A stretch of DNA of 62,390 nucleotides, filler included. It is 10 parts of 10 records of this genome, joined end to end, with 100 filler letters (N's around TTAATTAATTAA, not from the genome) between each part and the next. Parts side by side here need not be neighbours in the genome. Positions count along the whole stretch, not along the records: positions 32,201 to 36,624 come from SRR9670534_1153; positions 36,725 to 41,756 come from SRR9670534_1164; positions 41,857 to 55,644 come from SRR9670534_1165; 7 more parts are not named here. One strand, 5' to 3'. The notes beneath the pieces are model-generated. The model had not been told where the DNA came from. It did no database searches and saw nothing but the letters and a program-made list of their open reading frames with translations. The position numbers were made by a program, and so were the translations under genes. Positions within the stretch are counted from its first letter, which is position 1; each line of letters opens with the position of its first letter. Below, in pieces: positions 35,125 to 45,885 of the stretch.

Positions 35125-36466
35125 TTAATCATCGCAAAATACCTCCTTTGCAAATGTTTTAGCAACAATTAAAGGGAATATAATGGTAGCATCACCATAA
35201 ACCTTCACGGGATGAGCATCCATCTTAATTTTCCCCCAGGAAACGGCCTCGTCGGGTCGAGCGCCAGCATCAGAACCATCGAATTCTTGACCAGTGTTGA
35301 TATAAACGGAAAAATCAGCACCATTTCGCATTAAATTAGCATTACATATATGGTGCTTCACCATTCCACCACCGAGGATGATCATACCAGAATTGGCAGC
35401 ACAAACGGCTTGTTGGTTCATTAATTTAATGTCTAGAAACGAAGCAATCAATTCGATCCAGCGAAATCGAGTTGATGAGGATGAGTCATTTCCGTTACTA
35501 AGCAACGTGTACAATATTTATATAGGACGGCTACAAATCCAGGATGGCCGACAATACAAATAGAAATCGAACCATTTCGATGACTCATCGTCGTTACTAA
35601 GCAACGCATATTACATTTGTGTAAAACGGCTACAAAATAAAAACGAACCTTCGACGATATCTAGAATTAAACCAGGATTTCTGTATGAATGAAAGTAAAG
35701 CATGTCACCAATCGATCCATCGGTAATCGCCGGAGAAAACACCGGGATGTTGTTCTTATAGGCCCAATAGTACACCGACTCAGGATCATTTATTTCTTTT
35801 CCTAATCGATGTATCATTTTCGAAGGCGTCCAATGAACGTTCTAAAAATTACGGTTGCTTTTCTTTTTTTCGTGAAATTCACTTACCTACTTGAGTCCTT
35901 TGTTCATTGAGCATGGAATCAAAAATAGGAATTATCCAGTCTTCAAAAGCACAATAATTATTATTTGGAACGATTAAGTTACCAATACGATTGAGTCCTT
36001 TCTTCCGAAGTTCAGAACCTTTCATATAAAAATCGCCTAAATACGTGTTTCCAAGACATTTGATAAAATCTTCTTCGATTCCGCCAGCAGAACTAACAAT
36101 ACAATCGACTAAATCATGTTTCGCCAAAAATCTAAATATGTCGCGTAGACCAGAAGATATTAAATTCGATGTATAACCAAGGAATATGGTACAGTTTCTT
36201 CTTTTTCTTTCAATCGGATTATTCGAAACTTTTGTCAAATTTTGCTCTGATATCGGTTCATTTCGACTGTTTAACATACGTTTAATCTCCTTAATTGCAA
36301 GCCCAAAATTGGTAGCTTGAAAACCGGTAGTTTCAAAGGTGTCAAGTAATTTTTCGTAACAAATTCCCTCTTTGTCAAAATCGTAACCAAGAACAGATTT
36401 TGTACCTGCAGGTACATCTTCGCTTTTCATCAAAACAGCAGTCTCTTCATTTTGGAGAAAGTTCAT
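35125..36466 (-). CDS. DHPS: Deoxyhypusine synthase, 3 exons
   Basis: Exons 36466-35891, 35841-35649 and 35432-35125 encode [25 protein letters not shown] and [19 protein letters not shown]. Confidence 0.97.
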
Positions 36467-37654
36467 GATCTTTCGATGTTAAGTACCACACTCCCTTTGC
36501 TTTATACGGTATAAATTATACCTAGGTATGTATCATAGATAATGTATGTAAATTAAATAATTTAATAGGTATGTACTATGTATTACAGTATTATGTATGT
36601 ACTATGTAGACTACATAATGTAGTNNNNNNNNNNNNNNNNNNNNNNNNNNNNNNNNNNNNNNNNNNNNTTAATTAATTAANNNNNNNNNNNNNNNNNNNN
36701 NNNNNNNNNNNNNNNNNNNNNNNNAAGTCAAAATGCTAAAATATTAAGTAATTTGTGTGTACACAATGCATTAAATTGCCTATATATATTTTATAAATTA
36801 TATTTTTGTACTTAAGGTAAAATATTTGATGTTACAATGTATATAAGTTTTCATTTATTATCATATATTAACTTAAGCTTCAGAGTTTTTAGTAACAATA
36901 TTAACTGTTCTTAATTTTAGTAAATTGTTATTAACTTTCAACACTGTTAATTGATTATAATAGTTTATCTACTTATTATGCATGTTTAATGATGCTAAGT
37001 TTTATAGACTTTTATGCTAATTTTTTTGCTGCTACAAAATACTAATTTATAAACATTTGCAAAAAAATTGACAAAACTTTAAAAAAAGTTAAATAAAATT
37101 AATAAAGTTAAAAATTAATATAGTTAAAAAAGTAACCAAAGTTAAGAAATTAATAATTGAAAATTTAATATGAATTTAATTAAAATTAAAAATGTGATAC
37201 TAGTATTTTATAATACATGCTGTACAGTACTAAATATTTATAATGCAAATTACATAACACATGCTAAAATGTAAATTATAGTATATACTATAGTACTATA
37301 ATATAATGATATTGCATAGGTAATTAGATTCTTATTTTATGTTTTAAAGAGTTTACATGCTCACCAAAAGGTACCAATTCAGAGAATTTTATGTTGTATT
37401 CTAGTATTGTAGATACGGTATCTAATAATATTAGACTAATATACCTAATTACATTGTATGTAATAGCAAGTTGCTACTAGCAACTACGTATGATTATTAC
37501 ACACCGTATTATTAATACCTAATAAAAATTAGACGATGTATGTGTGCATGACATGCACTGTATGTACGTACATAGGTATGTATTTAGGTACCGTACTGTA
37601 CAGTGAGTAGATGTAATTGTTTTTAATAATTTTTGCAGTAATTGTATGACATAG

Positions 37655-38278
37655 ATGAAATCCGAAGAATCTGAAGGTAGTAAAACTGCAGCTGATATAA
37701 ACATTTTTGTTCATCATATGTCTAAAAGACACCCACTTTCTATGAACAAAGATCAAAGCATTCAGCATTTATCGCAGGAGATAGAACAGCTCATCAAAAT
37801 ACCAGTTTGTCGCCAAAAACTTATTTGGAATGGCCGTCAAATCAATAAGAACAATGCACAATCCCTTGCTCAAGTTGGTTTAAACAATAATTCTAAGGTA
37901 ATGGTCATTGGTACAAGACATTCTCCTGAAGATGAGCAGATGTTAGCTATTTTGGAAACCCATAAAAACAATCTGGCTGATTTAGATAAATTGGTGCAAG
38001 CGACTAAGGATCAGCTTGAAGGAATAGAGAGTGGTCATTTGCCAAAAATTCACAAGGAAACTGCTTTAAATGAGATCCAGAAGAAGTTGCTTATGTATGA
38101 AGAAAAAGCCATGAAAATACTCGAAAATATTGATACCTCGTGCCAATGTTCTACGTTGGGAAATGACCCTAAGGAAAAGAAAAAAAATATAGTCACGCAA
38201 ACACAAAACTTACAGACCCAAATAGATAAATTAATGCAGCTATCAAACTCGTTTCGAAATCATGATCATTTGAAATAA
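37655..38278 (+). CDS. BAG1: BAG family molecular chaperone regulator 1 (ubiquitin-like plus BAG domain), intronless
   Basis: UBL region (RQKLIWNGR..KVMVIG) followed by BAG helices (LEGIESGHLPK..EKAMKILENID..KKKNIV). Confidence 0.85.
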   Translation: MKSEESEGSKTAADINIFVHHMSKRHPLSMNKDQSIQHLSQEIEQLIKIPVCRQKLIWNGRQINKNNAQSLAQVGLNNNSKVMVIGTRHSPEDEQMLAILETHKNNLADLDKLVQATKDQLEGIESGHLPKIHKETALNEIQKKLLMYEEKAMKILENIDTSCQCSTLGNDPKEKKKNIVTQTQNLQTQIDKLMQLSNSFRNHDHLK

Positions 38279-38323
38279 GTACAACCTGATCTGTACCGTA
38301 CAGATCAAGTTGTACTTATTTCA
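38271..38323. repeat. 53-bp hairpin overlapping the BAG1 stop codon
   Basis: 26-bp arms with one mismatch, centred on TACCGTA. Confidence 0.9.
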
Positions 38324-39340
38324 GTTGATCATACTGAGTAGTACTGTACAGTATCTGTAGTATTACTGTACTGTAATTTACAAACGTTATTGTACATTCT
38401 TACGTCATAGATGGATAATACATAACTGTGTTCGTAATAGCGACCATTGATGTTCCTATGTCATAACAGTTATTATGATAACTTACGTAGTACCTAAGAT
38501 TATTAATATTGATTGTATAATATACGATGGTACATTAAATGTACTACATTTATAACTAGGTGTATATCTTTATTGCATATCACTGATATCAGGTACCTAG
38601 TCTAATAGGCGTATTTTTAAAAATATTAGATACCGTAGACAATTTGTTTATGATTATTAGTAGTGATTTATTAGTTAATTAATAATAATTGCCCCTACAT
38701 AGGAAATGTGCTACCAATCATTTGGCTAATATACGGTATGCGTACAATACCTAGTAGCGAAAACGCATGCGTGGTAATCAAAAATTGTTTAGGAGTCATT
38801 GGAACGTACCGTACATACTGCGCATACGGTATGCGTAATATGTACCTACTTATATGCACCACTTACAGAACCATGGAGAAACAACGCCTTTGTTGTACGT
38901 ATAATACGTAACGTATTACGTGATAAACTAACCATATATGAAATTTATTGTTATTACAAACGTAATGATAGGCATATGATATGCCACATTACATATGTAA
39001 TGTGAAGTTGCTTGTTGCAAATTACGCATTTAGGTATACAGTGTAGGTACTATACACTGTAATACAGTTACTGTATTCAATATACTATATACGTTACATA
39101 CTTGAATGTTGTTCCTTTGTTTACTATTATTCTGAGTTTATACTTACACTTTGGTTTTTGTTATTGATAACACCTAATTCGTAAGCTTGATAGAATAATA
39201 CGGAGCCTGTAGGTTGAAACCATTATATGTTTACGATATTGACAAATATACCTATAAACATTTTTATAATGATATACTTACCTATATTGTGTTGTAATAG
39301 GTTTTTTGGTGTATACATTAAATTCATAATACCTGCAATC

Positions 39341-40968
39341 ATGGCTAAAGATTTTCCCTCGAAGACTACATCGTCCTTAAATCCAAATGCAGCAGAATTT
39401 GTACCAACGTTTGGAATGCCTTCTGGAAGCGGAGATGTATGGTTTGTAGTAGATGTAGCACTTCTTTTCATTTTAGTACTATGTACTTATTCCAACTGAA
39501 CTTCTTTAGAACGTCGGAGCCATGTATCAATTTGGTGATGAAAAAGATCCGTTAGATGAATTTGAACACCAGGAAGCTAATCAACTTTCTCAAAAAATGT
39601 TGAGGCAGGCATTGGAGTATCTACGATTGCATCCAGCAGAAACGGAGAAAGAACTGCCAACCTTAGGTGAACAGTTGAGTCAAATTTTGGATCCTACTTC
39701 AGATTATGTATCATTGGCCAATATTTTAATTGAATGCGTAATGCAGTTTTATTATTCTATTAAACTATTCGAATACCTTATTATTTATTATTATGTATTA
39801 ATAAAACAGTTTTATCAAAAATAACTACCTAGGTAATTATTATACATTGTTCTGCATAATAAATTTTGAACCACAAACACATAATTATTATTAATATTAT
39901 TAATATGTCATTGTAGTTTTTATCATCCAATGAAACCTCCTACATCGTTGGTAATATCTGTAAATACCTTGTGTACCACCTCCCGAATCCATCGGCTGAA
40001 AGTTTTCGTAATTCGGTTTTGCTTGCTTTATACTATGAATATGGGAAGGTTGACGAATACTTCAAGTCCGGAGATACACCAAGAGTTCATAGATTGTACT
40101 TAAGCATTTGTGATTTATATTTAAACTTTGTTTTAAAGGTACAATTATAACCAGCAAAAATAACATTACCTGTAATATAATCCCATTTAGGATAGGAAGA
40201 CAAGAATATCTAAATTGCAGGAAGTAGTTTTAGAAAGCTTAGATCGCCTACTTTTTCAAGAAGAATTGAGTGATTCGAATGTTCTAACTGCATCCAAAAT
40301 GTTAAAGGTGCGTTACTCCTATCAATTATTTTTATTGTTAAATGGTCTATTTAAGTTTCCAAGGATCTATTTTCAAGAATTTCTCTTAATTACCGCCATC
40401 TGTTTCTGATTGGCTATATAGAGTACTTTATTATTATTAATAGTTGATTCTAATCATTAAATGAATCCTTTAAGTTTTAAATGAGTGAATTTTTTATTTC
40501 ATCTATTTTTTACAGTTGTGTGGTTCAGCGCTGTACGAAGATGAAGCTATGTTATCCGCAGAACATAAACACTCTTTGCGTAAAGTCATGAGCAAAATTG
40601 AAGAAATTATTCTTGATGGAAAATGTGACCGGTTTACTAGAAAAAGTCTGCTGCGTTTGTTCGAGTTACAAGGAAACAATTGGGGTCATGTGGAAAAGGC
40701 TGAATCCAGAATGGATAATGCAAATGAAGAAGGATCAACTGTTTTTGATTCAAAACCAATCTTTTACGGCAATGATGGGAAAATAATCTCAGCAAGAGAA
40801 GCCGGATTTGAAATATCAGGTGAATTAGATGATACGGATAGCCTGGCTGAAGCTGAGGGTGAAGATCAAGTTGATCTTCGTCGTATGGAAAGTACCTCTA
40901 GCGAATACATGGACGAAGAAATTGCGAAATGCTATGATCAGTTTTGTAAAGAATTCAACTTGGATTAG
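39341..40968 (+). CDS. PAIP1: Poly(A)-binding protein-interacting protein 1-like (PAM2, MIF4G-like region, acidic tail), about 5 exons
   Basis: PAM2 motif SSLNPNAAEFVP, LLRLFELQGNNWG, PIFYGNDG and MDEEIAKCYDQFC. Confidence 0.85.
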
Positions 40969-41069
40969 CAACATTGCATTATTATTAATAAATCAATAAT
41001 AACGTTTTGAAACACAACTAAACTGTTATAATATTCCTTAAAAGTTACTAGAATTAAATAAAATTCAGG

Positions 41070-41756
41070 CTACTTTAATATTAAAGCATAACTTAATGAC
41101 TTAGTACCAAAGTTATCAGAAGGGCAACGGATTTCTTCTGTTGTTGTGAAACCTTTGCGTTGCTTAGTTTGTTCAGTTCTTTTTTTACCTCCTCTAGGAT
41201 GTATCATCCAGTCATATGGAACTTTATGGTATTCATGGCGATCAACCAGTTCTCGAAACAAGTGATGTAGTAGAATGTAATCAGGTTTGCAGTAGTATGT
41301 AAGGGCATTTGTATGATGGATGAAAACCTAAAGGAGTGGTTTTTCGAACGAGAATTTGTGCTGTCTTGCATTTAGTAAATATTGATACAAGACAACACCA
41401 ATTCTCGTTCGTGAAAACAAGTCCTTTACCTGAAATTCTGCTGGTAAATTTTTCACCAAATTCAAGTTGTCAACTTTGGATTTCATCTCTCCTATCAACT
41501 GCATGTTTTCTGAACTGTCGGCTTCTTTCCGCCATGGCAGCGTTCCCGTATACATTTCAACTATGCAGTACACTATTGACCACAAGTCATCCCTGCGCGC
41601 CAGTTCTTTATCAGAGTGGCAATTAGCACTTGCATACGCAAGAGTTCCACGAAATGGTGCGCTTTTTCTTGGCTTTTTTATCGAACCATTTGATTCCCTA
41701 TATCTCCTTGATAAACCAAAATCCAGCAAATAAACGATGTTTTCCTTTGGTGGCAA
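41070..41756 (-). CDS. Tau-tubulin kinase / CK1-superfamily kinase, last two exons
   Basis: YLLDFGLSRRY..PRKSAPFRGTLAYAS..RRDDLWS..LPWR; intron at about 41328-41429; last exon has PDY..PYDW. Confidence 0.85.
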
Positions 41757-41856
41757 NNNNNNNNNNNNNNNNNNNNNNNNNNNNNNNNNNNNNNNNNNNN
41801 TTAATTAATTAANNNNNNNNNNNNNNNNNNNNNNNNNNNNNNNNNNNNNNNNNNNN

Positions 41857-41886
41857 GGACCGGCTTAATTACGGAACTTCACGGTA
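41857..41886 (-). mobile_element. pogo-like transposon terminus at contig start
   Basis: Reverse complement reads TA-CCGTGAAGTTCCGTAATTAAGCCG. Confidence 0.45.
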
Positions 41887-42140
41887 CTGCTTCTACTGTA
41901 GAAGTTCTACAGCACCTAGGTACCTATTTACATCAATTTGATATAGACATCTGTTTTGACTTTAGCCTAGAAGACGACAGAATCGAAAATTGAGCTATGG
42001 TATGCCCTTTTGCTATAAATTGTAGCCTATAGTATGGTTCCTAATTGCTTAACACGATAACGAAACGTTATTTACTGCATTTGTTATTTTAATGTCTAAA
42101 CGTCTATTGTTCTTGTTTACGTTTAATTGTTAACCTTTAG

Positions 42141-43534
42141 CCACACAGCTGGACCAAATCAGGGAAGGTTATGTAGATCTTGAAAATTCATCATCAATAT
42201 TGGCTAGTCCTTCTGTTAATTTGAAGGTATGCTCAAGTAAATAATGTATTACTGGGAATTGAAATAGCTAATGTGTACCCTTATGATTTAGACAATTCTC
42301 TGTACTGAAACTTTCCAACTTTTACCTCAAGCATATCAAAGGATGTTGATTCAATTATTGCCGACTTGCGATCAAATTTATAATAGAGATTATTCGCTAA
42401 TTAGGTAATGTTGGAATATTGGCAATTGTTAATTGTTATTACTTACTATGCAAATATAATAGAGCAAGTTCAACGGGTTTGACAAATGAATTTTTTGCAA
42501 AAGGATTGGAGTCTTGGAAAAGACGATTGGCAGAAGGTGAATTTACAGCCGATGCACAAGCCAAAATAAAACAAGAATCTGATAAAGAACGCTTAAAGAT
42601 AGATCCCTGGAAGTTGAAAAATTTTGAACCTATATGGGGTCAAAGCATATTAGATAGTCGTTTTCAAAGTGACTTGTTTCTGAAGGCTAGCCCTATGAAC
42701 ATGCTGTCAGAAAGCGACGACATACAGCAAATCATCTCTGGCAGTAACAATTTTCCAAATGCTACTACTACTATCACTTCTGCAACGTTCAGTAGCACCA
42801 CTTCAGCTACTTCTCCTTCTAGATATGTTATGAAAGATCATAAGCCGTCCCACTCTAAAAAATCCTCAACTAAACAACCCAAACTGGTATCAAGAATGCT
42901 TAAAAAGCGTTCACTGAAACGAAAGTTGGAAGCCGCTATGCAGCCTGCTCCTGTTAGAAAGACCCCTTTTATTCCTGAAACAGTCCCACTGGTTTCAATG
43001 TCTGCTGTTCTTAGTAACAGCAGTAACAACTCTCATCTAATCTCAAAAAAATCACCTAGTCAAATTATTGCTGCTGCTCCCTTATTGCATCAACAAGAAT
43101 TTGGTCTTGATAAGTCCTTTGATAATGAAGATGTGCAACAGCTCTGGGAAGTCATCCATAAAAAGTATGTTAATCTTTCTAACACCAAACTTTACAACCA
43201 TCAGCATGGTTGTACCAAAACATTAGCACACTTAAAAACAAGACTGAAAACGACGAGATATCAAGAACCATTGTTTCTGTCGGCAATGCAAGATACTTCT
43301 AGTAGTAGTGTTTCTCTTGTTATTCCTCCATATGATCAACTATCGCAAAATTTATCGACGACAAAACAGACAACTTCAGAACTTGATGGGACGTCAGCGC
43401 AAACAGGTACAGTTATAAATTTTGAGCGTTCTGCAAAAATTTGCCATGAAGAATTTACTAGAATTCAACGACAAAACGGTACAGCCTCTCTTAAGGTGCC
43501 AATCTTTCCAAAAGACGACAGTTCAGTACCGTAA
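42141..43534 (+). CDS. ASXL: Polycomb protein Asx/ASXL-like (DEUBAD domain); 5' end uncertain
   Basis: Spliced DLENSSSIL..TFQLLPQAYQRMLIQLLP..LTNEFFAKGLESWKRRLAEGEFT..DPWKLKNFEPIWG, plus KTLAHLK and INFERS..IC motifs. Confidence 0.88.
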
Positions 43535-45885
43535 AGGATCTCCTAATCTATAAAAGGTAAATGTCATGTTTGAAATAGGTATTTGAAATATGTACCTTAT
43601 TACTAATAAGCTATAATAAAGTATATAATATTATAGATATATAATATATCTATATTTATAAATAATATATATAATATATCTATATCTATAATATATCTAT
43701 GTATAAATATTATTTATTATTAATTAAAAAATGAAATGTACAACATTTCACACCAAAGCTAAGATATAAAAATTGTAGTTGAAAGAAACAAGGCACCGAT
43801 GGTTTTCCTGGTAGATTCGTCCATAATTTAATGTCCGAATTGAACCTAGCTTGTAAGTTTTATTATGTAAGACTTACATTGTAAGTATAGATCGAATACA
43901 CTGGTTAATATATATTTTCAGCCTTTTTTTTGAGTATAACGTACATTACGTAATGAAGTATATTTATTTATTTAATATAATTTATTAATGTTATTATTAT
44001 AGATGTGTTGTGATTATTCGAATTGCTTTATTATGCTGTGCATGTGCAACGTATCCTATATTGTGCCGTATGTACTACTGCATATTATTGTAAAATTAGG
44101 TGTATAGCCTATGGATGTATATGAATATATGTTTGTTTTCAGAATTGCTCGTTATGAACTTTTTTACAAATATTTTTGTAAAGCTGATCTATAATAATAT
44201 TGCACCTTTGTGGAAATATAAAGTTATTTTGATAAATGGTGAAGTGTTATTAGAGTATTTTACATAGTATACTTTATATGGTTTTACACTATAGTGTATC
44301 AAATATATGATACAAATGCTCTGACAGAGTACTTACGAATTGTGATATCACATATTATTTTGTAATAAGGCTAATTGAAGTATTTATTCATTATTTATCA
44401 TTTAATTGAATGTATTACGACCAATCAGTGAAATTGGCAAAGATCATTTTACCCACTGCATGAAATGAGCAGGAATTGTAAGTCAGTGATTTGCTGTAAT
44501 CTTGGTTCTCCCAAAAGCCCCTATATTCAACTTGAAAGTTTCAAGATATACTACGTATGTGTCGTGATATATCAAGTAACTAGTCAGCAACTATGAGTTA
44601 CCAATTCCTGATCATCTGGCAGTAAATGGTAAATCACCAGACTATATTCTGTAATTTCCTGTGCTACAACTTTCATGAAAACCCATTTTACGGATTTACA
44701 GATTAGGCAATGCCGCATTGCACGTTCAAGAAACGGACGTAACAGTGGGTAGTGCCCACTGGGTACTGCGACGAATGTAACTTCTAACTTGGTTTATCAA
44801 ATTATCTATACAGAATCTGTATAGATTTTGTTTCTAATACGTCTTTTAAAAAGAGTTTGTTGTTGGGGAAACTATAGTTATTTATAAATAATGGCGCTAC
44901 GTTCAAAGTTTATACACATGCGTTACCCATTATATTATCTTAATACTATTATGTTTTTATTCCATTTACCTATTATGATAATTTGTTATTATTTGAAAAC
45001 TTTTACTGAAAAGAGTTAGTTTTCACAAGCATTGACTGTAAAAGAGACTGCAAGAGTAGTACTCCTGTAACAGATCGTACTGGCTGTCATCTTTTTTGCT
45101 GTTATTGATTGTTATTATTAATATTGAATACATAATAATTAAAGTTGTAATAAATGCTCTACGTTCTCTGAGATAATACTATTGATGTTATATCGATCAT
45201 AATATTGATTTTTATGTTTCAGGTTTCATATCTATTATAATAGTATAGCATGTCGTTATTAGATGACATGTTATCTGTTTTACACAACGCTATTTACTAG
45301 CGTGTGTTATAGAATCTATATTATAGAATACAACTTTCTATAATATACTCAATAATGCAACTTTCTTGCCTGCTTGATACTATTCGAAATAGAGAGCCTT
45401 ACTTTGCATGGTAGACTTGCTAGGCATCATAACGTTTCTCATGAGAAATTTTTTCCATTTGATTTAACTTGTTATGACAGAACACATGAACAAATTATTC
45501 TACTATAGTAGCTATGACAAATTTGTTCTTATATTCTGTCTAAGGCTTAGACTCTAAGCAATAAATGGCAGCATCGGGTTGTGGGTGGCAAAGATGCTAT
45601 GCATGGTGAAACCTACTGACCAAACAGAACAGTCACTGTTATTCATTTATTCACATATTATTTCCATACTCAACTCTTTAGTCATCCATGATTACATTAT
45701 TAATAATGCGATCAATAATATACAGCCTTTTATAAGTACCATCAGCAGATAGATTTTGCGCATTAAGATCAATATAGTTGAGCCACTCAGAGACATTATT
45801 ATAATTACTGCAACAGTGGGTTCTAAAATTGACTCCGTTCAGTCACCAAATGCATCAAACGTTGCAGAAACGATAAAGCAAATAA

